This document shows positions 9,261-18,508 of a stretch of DNA of 64,000 nt, in pieces (positions within the stretch are counted from its first letter, which is position 1; each line of letters starts with the position of its first letter). Made by a program: the position numbers and the translations under genes. The notes beneath the pieces are model-generated. The model did not search any database. It was not told where the DNA came from and saw only the letters and a list, made by a program, of their open reading frames with translations. This stretch comes from Candidatus Eiseniibacteriota bacterium (GTDB lineage Bacteria; Eisenbacteria; RBG-16-71-46), in contig CAVSAC010000012.1 of NCBI GenBank assembly GCA_963725865.1, positions 1,088,001-1,152,000 of the forward strand. The letters run 5' to 3'.

Positions 9261-10096
9261 AGGGCGCCCGCGATGTCGCCGTGCTTGGTGAGCTTGCAGC
9301 CGGCCTTCTTCTTCATCAGCTCCGCGTGGCGCGCGTCGTCCACGAACGCCACGATGCGCGCGATCGACGCCTCACCGTCCACGAACCGCCACGGGAAGCA
9401 GCCCACCGTCACGCGCTGGTTGAGCAACAGGTCGAGGTCGCCGCCCAGGCACTCGGCATGGATGATGCCGTGGTTGAACATCTCGATGTGCATGAGCTGG
9501 TACTTGCTGTCGTCGAAGTACTCCGCCAGCGGCTTGCCGTACTTGGTGCGGAAGTGCTGGTCGGCCTGGCGCGCCTGGCGCGGCATCCAGTCGCGGATGA
9601 TGGTGTTCATCGGATGGTCGGCGCTGCCGCAGTCCACGCCGATCCAGCGGATCTTCCGCCGCTTGCACCACTCGGCGAACTCGCGATCGGGGCCGGGGTG
9701 CTTGACCATGTACGCGATCTCGTCCGCGGTGGGCTGGTCCCAGCCGTAGTGGTGGTAGCCGGTGTGGATGATCAGGATGTCGCCGTCCTTCACCTCGACA
9801 CGCTCCTCGACCATCTTCGACGTGTAGACGTCGTAGTCGCCGCAGCAGTCCGACAGGTCCACCACCGCCGCCTCGCCGACCAGCCAGTCGAGCGACAGCG
9901 AGGCGATGTCCTTGCCCGGCGTGTAGAAGTGGATCTCGCCGTCCAGGTGGGTACCCAGGTGGTTGGAGTGCGTGATCACCTGGCCGTTCGCGCCGTTGGG
10001 CGCGAGGCGCTTGAAGTACTTCACCTGGAGCGGCTCGTAGGTGGGCCAGGCCGGCGTGCCGATGCCGAGTGGGATGGTGAGGTCGATCAGCTTCAT
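9230..10096 (-). CDS. Cyclase-family metal-dependent amidohydrolase (kynurenine formamidase/isatin hydrolase fold)
   Basis: HLGTHLD metal motif, GDILIIHTG, GVDCGSADHP, H..E.L. Confidence 0.88.
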   Translation of the reverse strand: MKLIDLTIPLGIGTPAWPTYEPLQVKYFKRLAPNGANGQVITHSNHLGTHLDGEIHFYTPGKDIASLSLDWLVGEAAVVDLSDCCGDYDVYTSKMVEERVEVKDGDILIIHTGYHHYGWDQPTADEIAYMVKHPGPDREFAEWCKRRKIRWIGVDCGSADHPMNTIIRDWMPRQARQADQHFRTKYGKPLAEYFDDSKYQLMHIEMFNHGIIHAECLGGDLDLLLNQRVTVGCFPWRFVDGEASIARIVAFVDDARHAELMKKKAGCKLTKHGDIAGALCPELHAKKR

Positions 10097-10136
10097 GGTT
10101 CCTCCGGGAGCGGGACGGACGCGCGTGCGGGACCTC

Positions 10137-11579
10137 TCACGCGCCGGCCCCGAGGGTGTCGACGAATGCGAGCAGGGCGTCGCGGAAACACTCGAACGGC
10201 GGCTTGACCAGTCCGGCGCCGACCATGCCGACGCCCGGCGTCTTGTGCGCGATGCCGGTGTTGACCACCGGCACCACCCCGGTCTCGACCACCTTCAGCA
10301 GATCGATCCCGGTCGCGGTGCCGCGGAAGTCGAGCGCCGGGATCTTGTAGGTCGGATGCTCCGCGAGCGTGATGTCGTACATGCGGCGCGTGTACCCGAG
10401 CGCCTGCGCGGCGGTGCCGCCCACGAACTGCACGATCGCCGGCGCGGCCGCCATCGCCATGCCGCCGAGGCCGGCGGTCTCGGTGATCACCGAATCCCCG
10501 ATGTCCGGCGCCGCGTCGGCGGCGGTGAAGCCGGGCAGGTAGAGCCCGTCCACCATCGGAGCGGGGGCGGTGAACCAGCGGCCGGGCAGCGCGGCGATCT
10601 GGATGCCGAAGTCGGTCCCGTTGCGCGCCATCACCGTGACCATGGTGGAGTGCGGCACGCCGGCGGTGGGATCGAGCGCGGCCTTGCTGGCCGCCATCGA
10701 GAGGTTGAGGAAGAAGTGGTCGTTCGAGTCGAGGAAGCGCAGCACCTTCGCGACGTCCTCGGCCGGCGCGCCGACCCGCACCAGGTGGGGCGCGAGCGTG
10801 CGGATCAGGAGCGAGGTCGCGGCGCGATTGCGGTTGTGCACCTCGTCTCCCATCTGCAGCGCCTGCGCGATCAGGCTGCGCAGGTCGAGCGGCCCGTGCG
10901 CCGCCAGTGCGCGGGCCAGCAGCGGCGCGAGCACCCGCTCCATCCATCGCAGCCGCTCGATCACCTCGGCGTCGTACGCGCCGTAGCGCAGCACCTTGCC
11001 GAGGCCCTCGTTGAGCGTGGCGTAGGCGCGGTTGCCGAACGCCGCGTTCTCGACGATCCACACCGGCATCGAGGCGGTCACCACGCCGGCCATCGGGCCG
11101 ACGCTCTGGTGATGGTGGCAGGGCGCGAATCGCACGCCGCCGGACGCCGCGAGCGTCGCGGCCTCGTCGGGAGTCGCCGCCAGCCCCTCGTACACCAGCG
11201 CGCCCATCACCGCGCCGCGGGTGGGGCCGCTCATGCGCTCCCACGTCACGGGCGGACCCGCGTGGAGCACGAGGTCGGCGCGCATGCCCGGGATCGCGTC
11301 CTGCGCGCGCGCGATGCCGACGATCGCGGGCTTGGCCTTCAACAGTCGATCGACCGACTCGCGGGTGCCGCGCGCGATCGCGGGCAGCACCGCGCCGTCG
11401 GTGCCGAGGCAGCGGTCGAGCGCCTCGGCCAGCTGCGGGTCGCCACCGGCGGGCGGGCGCCAGTCCACCTCGATCGCGGTGCCGCCGGCGCGCCGCAGGT
11501 CGGTCGCGAACGAGCCGAGACCCGCGTTCACCACCACCAGGTCGCCGGCGAAGAGCGCGAGCAGCGGAGCGGTGTCCAT
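10137..11579 (-). CDS. DUF1116 protein (YahG/YlbE, AllG-like)
   Basis: LHAGPP, PCHHHQSVGPMAG, LNEGLGKVLRYGAY, MGDEVHNRN, MARNG, PDIGDSVITE, NTGIAH. Confidence 0.9.
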   Translation of the reverse strand: MDTAPLLALFAGDLVVVNAGLGSFATDLRRAGGTAIEVDWRPPAGGDPQLAEALDRCLGTDGAVLPAIARGTRESVDRLLKAKPAIVGIARAQDAIPGMRADLVLHAGPPVTWERMSGPTRGAVMGALVYEGLAATPDEAATLAASGGVRFAPCHHHQSVGPMAGVVTASMPVWIVENAAFGNRAYATLNEGLGKVLRYGAYDAEVIERLRWMERVLAPLLARALAAHGPLDLRSLIAQALQMGDEVHNRNRAATSLLIRTLAPHLVRVGAPAEDVAKVLRFLDSNDHFFLNLSMAASKAALDPTAGVPHSTMVTVMARNGTDFGIQIAALPGRWFTAPAPMVDGLYLPGFTAADAAPDIGDSVITETAGLGGMAMAAAPAIVQFVGGTAAQALGYTRRMYDITLAEHPTYKIPALDFRGTATGIDLLKVVETGVVPVVNTGIAHKTPGVGMVGAGLVKPPFECFRDALLAFVDTLGAGA

Positions 11580-13129
11580 CAGCCGATCCTCCCGAGGATG
11601 GCCGCCGCGAGCGCCGCGGCGGCGCGGTTGTCGGGCGCCACCACGATGTCCGCCGCCGCGAGCGTGCGGACCTGCGCGCGGAAGTCCTGCGGATCGTCGT
11701 CGGTGCCGGTGACCGAGGCGATCGCCACCAGCCGCCGGCCGCCGGCCGCCACGCGGGCGGCCCGCACGCCGTCGGCCAGCACGCCCGCCGGGTCGGGGTG
11801 CGACCCGTAGCCGATCACGCAGTCGAACAGCAGCACGCCCACCGCCGCGGTCGCCACCTCGAGCGTCAGGCGCTCGTTGCGCAGCTGGGGCTCGATCATC
11901 GGGTGGGGCCGCCCGCGCGTGAACAGGTCGTCACCGAGGTCGAGCAGCAGGTGCCCGCACCCGCCGCCGCCGGCTGCCCCGGGCTCGGCGCCGTCGATGC
12001 GCAGCGGGCCGTGCTTGTGGAGGTTGGAGCGCACGGCGAGCCCGGCGCGGCCGAGCAGCACCAGCGCCTCCTGCCCGGTGGTGCCGCCACAGAACAGTCC
12101 GCGCAGCTGCGCGCCGGGCGCGAGTCCGCGCGCGAGCGCCGCGACCTGCGCCGCATCCGGGGCGGAGTCCGCGATCGCGAGGCCCGGCACGCCCGCGAGC
12201 CGGCAGGCGAGCGCGGCGGCACCCGCCAGCGAGTCGGCGAACACGATGCCGTGCGCGGCGTCGTCCACGCGCGGCGCGTCGCCCACGAAGTGCACGACGC
12301 ACGGCTTCGGTGTGGCCGCCAGCGCGGCGATCACTTTCGCGGCGACCGCGGAGGCGGGGGGCTTCGAGACCACCACGATCACCGCGGTGGCGGGGTCGGC
12401 CGCGAGCGCCTCGATCCCGAGGCGCGCCATCAGTCCGTCGACCGCCTCCGTCAGGTCGCGACCGCCGGTGCCGATGGCCTGGGACACGCCGCCGCCGAGG
12501 CGATGGATGACGCTGCTGACCTCCTGGATGCCGGTGCCGGCGGCGCCCACGATGCCGATCGGGCCGCGCCGCACCGCATTCGCGAACGCCAGCGGCAGGC
12601 CGTTCACGATCGCGGTGCCGCAGTCGGGGCCCATCATCAGCAGCCCGCGCTCGACTGCCGCGCGCTTGAGCGCCACTTCGTCCGCCAGCGCCACGTTGTC
12701 CGAGAACAGCATCACGTGGCGCCCGAGCGCCAGCGCCCGCCGCGCCTCGCGCGCCGCGTGCTCGCCGGGAACCGAGATGAGCACCAGGTTGGCCTCGGGA
12801 TGCGCCTGCACCGCGGCCGCCAGAGACGCCGGCCGCACGCGCTCCTCGCCGCCGACCGTCCGCGCGGACAGCAGCCGCGCGAGCTCGGCCTCGACCACCT
12901 CCGGGGTGCCGTCCCCGCCCTTCACCGCGATGACGAGGTCGTTGGCTCCCGCGCCGGAGAGGGCGGCGCCGCCGTAGCCCTGGGCGACGAGCAGCTCGCG
13001 GTTGTGCGGGGTGCCCATCGCCACCGTGGCGTCCGCGACCCCCGGCAGGCCGCGCAGCGCCTCCGAGAGTCGCATCAGCAGCACCGAGTCCTGGTACGCG
13101 TCGCGTCGCACCAGCACGTGGACGGCCAT
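11579..13129 (-). CDS. fdrA: FdrA/YahF-family acyl-CoA synthetase-like protein (succinyl-CoA ligase alpha-like; AllF-like)
   Basis: YQDSVLLM, MLFSDNV, MMGPDCGT, GTGGRDL, GLFCGGT, GRPHPMIEP, GYGSHPDPA. Confidence 0.88.
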   Translation of the reverse strand: MAVHVLVRRDAYQDSVLLMRLSEALRGLPGVADATVAMGTPHNRELLVAQGYGGAALSGAGANDLVIAVKGGDGTPEVVEAELARLLSARTVGGEERVRPASLAAAVQAHPEANLVLISVPGEHAAREARRALALGRHVMLFSDNVALADEVALKRAAVERGLLMMGPDCGTAIVNGLPLAFANAVRRGPIGIVGAAGTGIQEVSSVIHRLGGGVSQAIGTGGRDLTEAVDGLMARLGIEALAADPATAVIVVVSKPPASAVAAKVIAALAATPKPCVVHFVGDAPRVDDAAHGIVFADSLAGAAALACRLAGVPGLAIADSAPDAAQVAALARGLAPGAQLRGLFCGGTTGQEALVLLGRAGLAVRSNLHKHGPLRIDGAEPGAAGGGGCGHLLLDLGDDLFTRGRPHPMIEPQLRNERLTLEVATAAVGVLLFDCVIGYGSHPDPAGVLADGVRAARVAAGGRRLVAIASVTGTDDDPQDFRAQVRTLAAADIVVAPDNRAAAALAAAILGRIG

Positions 13130-13138
13130 CGCGCGGCC

Positions 13139-16003
13139 CTACTTCCGGACCGCGTCGAGCGCGGGCGGCGTCGCCGGCGCGGCCGCGTGCTTGAGCGTCA
13201 GGAACACCCGCTCCGGATCGAGCGGCAGCTCGAAGAACTCCACGCCGGTCGCGTTGGCGACCGCGTTGCCGACCGCGCTCGGCACCGAGACCATCGGATG
13301 CTCCGCGAGGCCGCGCGCGCCGTAGGGGCCCTGCGGGTGCGGCGTCTCGACGAACAGCTGCACCATCTCGGCGGGGATGTCCTTGGCGGTCGGGAGCTTG
13401 AAGTCGACGAAGCTGTTGTTGAGCATCCGGCCGCCCTGGAACACCAGCTTCTCGACCAACGCCGAGCCGAGGCCCTGCACCACGCCACCCACCACCTGCG
13501 CCTTGCACTGCTGCGCGTTCAGCACCCGGCCCGGATCGAACGCCGAGACCACCTTGTGCACGCGGATGTGCCCGGTGTCGGTGTCGACCTCGAGGTCCAC
13601 CGCGTGCGCGCCGTAGGTCCAGTTGAGCGCCGGCAGCCCCTGGCCGGTCTGCGGGTCGAGATTGGTCAGCCCGGTCGCGATGTAGCGTCCCTTGCCGATC
13701 ACCGGCCCGCCGATGCTGGAGCCATCGGGGAACGTGTAGCCCAGCACGATCTGGCTGTAGTCGAGCGTGCGCTCGGGCTTCCCCTGCACCCACACCTTGC
13801 CGTTGCCGCACTCGATCATCCCGGGCGGCGCGTGCAGCACGGTGCCGGCGGTGGCGCGGATCTGGTCGAGGCACTCCTTCGCCGCCGCGATGATCGCGTT
13901 GCCGCCCATCACCGTGAGGCGGCTCGCCACCGTCTGCCAGTCGTAGGGCGTGTAGTCGGTGTCGCAGTCCCAGGGCACGTGGACCTTCTCGAGCGGGATC
14001 CGCAGCTCGTCGGCCGCGATCTGGGCGAACGTGGTGTAGGTGCCCTGACCGTAGTCGACGCCCGAGACCAGCACGTTCGCGCTGCCGTCGCCGTTGAACA
14101 GGATGGTGGCCGACGACGAGGTGAACGTCGGCATCGCGGGCGCCTTGTGCAGCATCGCGATGCCCTTGGCGCGCACCACGCCGCTGCCGGGCTTCACCGG
14201 CTGCGTCGCGCGCGCCCTGGGGTCCCAGCCGATGCCCTCGGCGACCAGCCGCAGGCACTCGTCGGGCCGGCCGTGGCCGGGCGTGAACAGCTCGCCGGTG
14301 ATGGTGGTCTCGCCGGGGCGCAGCAGGTTCGTGCGGCGGAATTCCACCGGGTCGAGTCCGAGCGCGTGCGCCACCATGTCCATGTTGCGCTCGACGCCCC
14401 ACATCACCTCGAGGTGGCCGAAGCCGCGATAGGCGGTGCCGAACACCTTGTTCGTGTACACCACCAGCGAGTCCAGCTTGCAGTTCGGCACCACGTAAGG
14501 GCCCGCGCCGGCGTAAGCGGCCGCGCGCCCGATGTTGACGCCGTAGTCCGCGTAGGCGCCGGCGTCCCACAGGTAGGTGATCTCGAGCGCGGTCAGGCGC
14601 CCGTCCTTCGTGACGCCGGTCTTGATGACGCTCGACAGGCCCTGGCGGGACGGCAGCGTGTTGAACTCCTCCTCGCGCGACGCCACGATCTTCACCGGGC
14701 GGCCGTGCGCGGCCTTCGACAGGCAGTACACCAGCGGCTCGAGGTGGATGCCGGCCTTGCCGCCGAAGCCGCCGCCCACGTACGGCACCTTCACGCGCAC
14801 CCGCTGGAGCGGCAGGCCGAACGTGTGGCAGAACAGGTAGCGCACCGCGAACGGCGACTGCGCCGAGGTGATGATCTCGATCTGGCCGTCGAGCCGCGCG
14901 GTCGCGATCGCGGTGTGGGTCTCCATCGGCGCGTGCGGGGCGGGCGGATTCTGGAAGCGGAACTCGAACACCCGGTCGGCGGCCGCGAAGCCCTTCGCGA
15001 CGTCGCCCTTGCGGATGCGCTGGTGGTGGGCGACGTTGTGGCCCGGCTCGGGGAAGAACACGCCCTTCATCCACGAGTAGTCCGCGATGTCGGGATGCAC
15101 CTGGCGCGCGCCCTCGGCGAGCGCCTCGTGCACGTCGTGCAGCGGCTCGAGCACCTCGTACTCCACCTCGATCGCCGCGCACGCCGCGCGCGCCTGCTCG
15201 ACCGTCTCGGCCGCCACCGCGGCGACCGCCTCGCCCTGGTGGCGCACCACGCCGCGGGCGAGGATGTCCTTGTCCTCCATGTACAGCCCGACCTTGTACG
15301 GCAGATCGTCCCCGGTCAGCACCGCGTGCACGCCCGGCATCGCGCGCGCCTTCGCGGTATCGACGCGGCGGATCCGCGCGGAGGCGTGCGGCGAGAGCAG
15401 CAGCCGCGCGTGCAGCATCCCCGGCAGCGTCATGTCGTGCACGAACGTGGCCGAGCCGGTGACCTTGGCGGCGGCGTCCACGCGATTCGCGCCGGTGCCG
15501 ACGAACGGCGATGCCACGGGCGCGGCGGCGTGGTAATCGCCGCGCGCCACCGCCTCGACGGCGTCGATGAGCGGTTCGTAGCCGGTGCAGCGGCAGTAGT
15601 TCCCGGCCAGCGCCTCGACGATCTGGGCGCGCGTGGGTCGGGGTGTGCGAGCCAGCAGCGCGCGCGCGGAGTTGATCATGCCGGGGATGCAGAAGCCGCA
15701 CTGCACGGCGCCGAAGTCGACGAACGCCTGCTGCAGGTCGGACAGAACGCCATGGCTCGCCATCGCGGCCTCGGCGGTCTCGATGACGGCCCCGTCGGCC
15801 TCGGCCGCCAGCACCAGGCACGCGTTGACCGGGGCGCCGTCCAGGATCACGGTGCAGAGGCCGCACTCGCCGATGCCGCAGCCGCCCTTCACGCTCGGCT
15901 GGTGAAGCGGGCCCTTGAGCAGCTCGAGCAGCGTGCGGTGCGCCGGGACCTCGAGCGTCGAGATCTGTCCGTTCACGGTCAGGGTGATCGGTACGGTGCT
16001 CAT
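13139..16003 (-). CDS. Xanthine dehydrogenase/aldehyde oxidoreductase family, fused 2x[2Fe-2S] plus molybdopterin subunit (~954 aa)
   Basis: CGIGECGLC...C and QCGFC...CRCTGY Fe-S motifs, then GGGFGGK, AYRGFG, GQG, GARGLAE Mo-subunit motifs. ATG at 16003 overlaps the FAD-subunit stop. Confidence 0.9.
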   Translation of the reverse strand: MSTVPITLTVNGQISTLEVPAHRTLLELLKGPLHQPSVKGGCGIGECGLCTVILDGAPVNACLVLAAEADGAVIETAEAAMASHGVLSDLQQAFVDFGAVQCGFCIPGMINSARALLARTPRPTRAQIVEALAGNYCRCTGYEPLIDAVEAVARGDYHAAAPVASPFVGTGANRVDAAAKVTGSATFVHDMTLPGMLHARLLLSPHASARIRRVDTAKARAMPGVHAVLTGDDLPYKVGLYMEDKDILARGVVRHQGEAVAAVAAETVEQARAACAAIEVEYEVLEPLHDVHEALAEGARQVHPDIADYSWMKGVFFPEPGHNVAHHQRIRKGDVAKGFAAADRVFEFRFQNPPAPHAPMETHTAIATARLDGQIEIITSAQSPFAVRYLFCHTFGLPLQRVRVKVPYVGGGFGGKAGIHLEPLVYCLSKAAHGRPVKIVASREEEFNTLPSRQGLSSVIKTGVTKDGRLTALEITYLWDAGAYADYGVNIGRAAAYAGAGPYVVPNCKLDSLVVYTNKVFGTAYRGFGHLEVMWGVERNMDMVAHALGLDPVEFRRTNLLRPGETTITGELFTPGHGRPDECLRLVAEGIGWDPRARATQPVKPGSGVVRAKGIAMLHKAPAMPTFTSSSATILFNGDGSANVLVSGVDYGQGTYTTFAQIAADELRIPLEKVHVPWDCDTDYTPYDWQTVASRLTVMGGNAIIAAAKECLDQIRATAGTVLHAPPGMIECGNGKVWVQGKPERTLDYSQIVLGYTFPDGSSIGGPVIGKGRYIATGLTNLDPQTGQGLPALNWTYGAHAVDLEVDTDTGHIRVHKVVSAFDPGRVLNAQQCKAQVVGGVVQGLGSALVEKLVFQGGRMLNNSFVDFKLPTAKDIPAEMVQLFVETPHPQGPYGARGLAEHPMVSVPSAVGNAVANATGVEFFELPLDPERVFLTLKHAAAPATPPALDAVRK

Positions 16004-16860
16004 GATGGCCTCCGCGATCCGCCCAGCAGCCGGCGCGCGAGCCGGCGGCAGAGCGCCACGGTCATGTCGCGCCGGTACTCGGCCGAGGCGCGCACGTCGT
16101 CGATCGGCAGGATGTGTTCGAGCGCGAGCGCGCCGAGGCGCTCGCCGGTCGCGGCGGGGTCGGAGTCGGCGCGCACGCCGCGCAGCGGCGGCACGATCAC
16201 CGGCGTGATGGCGCACGAGCCCACGCCCACGCGCAGTGTCTCCGCCTGCGGGTCCCACGCGGCGGCCGCGTTCACCAGTGCGAGGTCGTGCCCCGCGATG
16301 CGCTTGATCTTGTCGAAACCGCTCCGCACTCCGGCGGCCGGCGGCGGCACCACGACCGCGGTCACCAGCTCGTCCGGCCTCAGCGCGGTCTTGCGCACGC
16401 CGAGGAAGAAGTCCGCGAGCTGCGCCTCGCGGCGGCCGTCCGGGCCCTCGATCCGCAGCCGCGCGTCGTGCACCAGCAGGCCGGGCGCGGTGTCCATGCA
16501 GGGCGAGGCATTGGTCAGGTTGCCCGCGATGGTCGCGCGGTGCCGGATCTGCAGCGAACCCACGTCGGCGGCGCCCTCGGCGAGGGCCGCGAACGTGGCG
16601 CGGATGCGCACGTCCTCGGCGACGCGCTGCATGATCACGCAGGCGCCCAGGACGAGCGTGCCGTCGGGCGTCCAGGCGATCTCGGACAGGCCGGGGATGT
16701 GCTTGATGTCGACGACCAGCTCGGGCCGCGCGGCGCCGGAGCGCAGCGCCACCATCAGGTCGGTCCCGCCGGCCAGCACGCAGGCGCGGCCATGCGCCCC
16801 GGCGAGCAGTGCGGTGGCGGCGCCGATGGTCGCCGGACGTTCGTATCGGAAGCTGCTCAT
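16000..16860 (-). CDS. Xanthine dehydrogenase family FAD-binding (medium) subunit
   Basis: LAGGTDL, QIRHRATIAGNL, PIDDVRASAEYRR; ATG at 16860 with upstream GAGG. Confidence 0.9.
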   Translation of the reverse strand: MSSFRYERPATIGAATALLAGAHGRACVLAGGTDLMVALRSGAARPELVVDIKHIPGLSEIAWTPDGTLVLGACVIMQRVAEDVRIRATFAALAEGAADVGSLQIRHRATIAGNLTNASPCMDTAPGLLVHDARLRIEGPDGRREAQLADFFLGVRKTALRPDELVTAVVVPPPAAGVRSGFDKIKRIAGHDLALVNAAAAWDPQAETLRVGVGSCAITPVIVPPLRGVRADSDPAATGERLGALALEHILPIDDVRASAEYRRDMTVALCRRLARRLLGGSRRPS

Positions 16861-16952
16861 GTCGTCACCTCTGCCGACGGACCACCGGCCCTGCGCCGGG
16901 AGGGACCGTCGCGCGAAAGCGGAGCTGCGGCCGCTCGCCCTGGAAGACGGAG

Positions 16953-16976
16953 GGGCCGGGCCCCATGGCCCGGCCC
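16953..16976 (-). other. Intra-operon stem-loop
   Basis: GGGCCGGGCC-CCAT-GGCCCGGCCC, perfect 10-bp stem just after the DUF35 stop codon. Confidence 0.5.
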
Positions 16977-16983
16977 ACACCGC

Positions 16984-17322
16984 TCATGCCGGCTTGAAGA
17001 CCAGGCCGGTGATGTCCTTGCCACCCGTCTCGCGCACTTTGCCGACCGTGGCGCGCACGCGGGTCCCGATCGCCGGGTCGTCGACCAGGATCCGGCCCGT
17101 GGCCCGGATCCCCATGTCGAGCTCGACGATCCCGAGCGTGATGGAGAGGTCCTCGTAGTCCAGCGGGAGCGCGAACACGCGCGTGAAGGTCAGCAGCGTG
17201 CCCTCGCCCTCCACCGGCACGGGGTCGAACTTCATGCCCTTGCACGACGGGCAGTAATAATGAGTCGGATAGGAGAGCTTGCCGCACTCGCGGCACTTCG
17301 CGGCGTCGACCGTGCGTGCCAT
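16984..17322 (-). CDS. DUF35 Zn-ribbon/OB-fold protein (thiolase partner)
   Basis: CRECG...CPSC Zn ribbon followed by GEGTLLTFT OB fold; adjacent to the thiolase. Confidence 0.88.
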   Translation of the reverse strand: MARTVDAAKCRECGKLSYPTHYYCPSCKGMKFDPVPVEGEGTLLTFTRVFALPLDYEDLSITLGIVELDMGIRATGRILVDDPAIGTRVRATVGKVRETGGKDITGLVFKPA

Positions 17323-17323
17323 G

Positions 17324-18508
17324 TCACACCCCCCGCTTGAGCACGGTGGCGAGCACGTTGTTGCCGAAGCCACCGAAGTTCACCGCGAAACCGTGCTGGG
17401 GCTGCTTCGGCACCTGGTAGTCGCCGGCCTCGCCGCGCAGCTGGAGCGTCAGCTCCACGATCTGGGACACGCCGGTGTTGCCGACCGGGTGCCCGCGCGA
17501 CTTGAGCCCGCCGGACGGATTGATCGGGAGCTTGCCGCCGATCTTCGTGTCGCCGCGCTCGAGCGCCTTGTGGCCCTCGCCCTTCTTGAAGAACCCGGCC
17601 TCCTCGCTCTCGGCGATCTCGAGGATGGTGAACGCGTCGTGCAGCTCGGCGACGTGGATGTCCTGCGGGGTCAGGCCGGACTTCTGGAACGCCATCCTGG
17701 CCGCCAGCCGCACCGCGGTCAGCTCGGTGGGGTCGGGGCGCTCGTGCACCGCGTGGGTGTCGGTCGCCTGACCCATCCCCGCGATCAGCACCGGCGTCTT
17801 CTTGAACTCCTTCGCCATCGCCGCCGGCGCCAGCAGCACCGCGGACGAGCCGTCGCTGACCGGACAGCAGTCGAAGAACCGCAGCGGGTCGGCGATCCAC
17901 GGGTTGTTGTTGAGCGCGTCGGGGCCGGTGAGGATGCCCTCCATCGTGACCGGGATGCGCAAGTGCGCCTTCTTGTTCTTCGCCCCGTTCTCGTGGTTCT
18001 TGATCGCCACCATCGCCAGGTGCTCCGGTCGGATCCCGTACTTGCCCATGTACAGGCGCGCAAACATGCCGGCCAGCGAGGGCAGCGTGACGCCGTAGAC
18101 GTACTCGGCGTAGCGGTGCGAGAGGTACGAGACGAACTCGGTCGCCTCGAAGTTGTTCACCTCCTGCATGCGCTCGCCTCCGCACACCAGCACCAGGTCG
18201 GCGTGGCCCGACGCGACCGCGTGCATGCCGTGCTTGATCGCCGAGGCGCCCGAGGCCGGACCGTTCTCGATGGTCTCGGCGGCGGCGGGGTAGAGGTTCA
18301 TGCGGTCGACCAGGGCGCTTGCCAGCCCCGCCATCTTGTTGTTGCGGGTGGCGCCCATGTTGGCCACGTATACCGCGTCGAGCTTGCGGTCGCCGAGGCC
18401 GGCGTCCGTGAGTGCCTCGTGCGACGCCTCGCACATCATCTTGAGCAGGCTCCACTGCGCCCGCCCGAACTGCGTCGATCCCACTCCGACGATCGCGACG
18501 TCCCTCAT
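17324..18508 (-). CDS. Thiolase-superfamily (SCP2/archaeal-like) protein lacking the nucleophilic Cys
   Basis: VAIVGVG, ENGPASG in place of ENACASG, HDAF, NPSGGL..GHP, NFGG; ATG at 18508 overlaps the upstream stop. Confidence 0.88.
   Translation of the reverse strand: MRDVAIVGVGSTQFGRAQWSLLKMMCEASHEALTDAGLGDRKLDAVYVANMGATRNNKMAGLASALVDRMNLYPAAAETIENGPASGASAIKHGMHAVASGHADLVLVCGGERMQEVNNFEATEFVSYLSHRYAEYVYGVTLPSLAGMFARLYMGKYGIRPEHLAMVAIKNHENGAKNKKAHLRIPVTMEGILTGPDALNNNPWIADPLRFFDCCPVSDGSSAVLLAPAAMAKEFKKTPVLIAGMGQATDTHAVHERPDPTELTAVRLAARMAFQKSGLTPQDIHVAELHDAFTILEIAESEEAGFFKKGEGHKALERGDTKIGGKLPINPSGGLKSRGHPVGNTGVSQIVELTLQLRGEAGDYQVPKQPQHGFAVNFGGFGNNVLATVLKRGV

Noticed and set aside
13139..16860. 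Possible 4-hydroxybenzoyl-CoA reductase (HcrCAB), given the nearby bcr genes
   Set aside because: The FAD subunit (286 aa) lacks the Cys-rich [4Fe-4S] insertion of HcrB, and the genes belong to a separate operon.
11798..17158. 1786-aa plus-strand ORF, and similar long ORFs (5011-7233, 19320-22454, 28329-30869, 31191-33764, 38071-40731, 51314-53680, 56010-59546)
   Set aside because: Antisense or off-frame shadows of recognisable genes. They are Arg/Gly/Ala-rich, carry no motifs, and are expected at this GC content.
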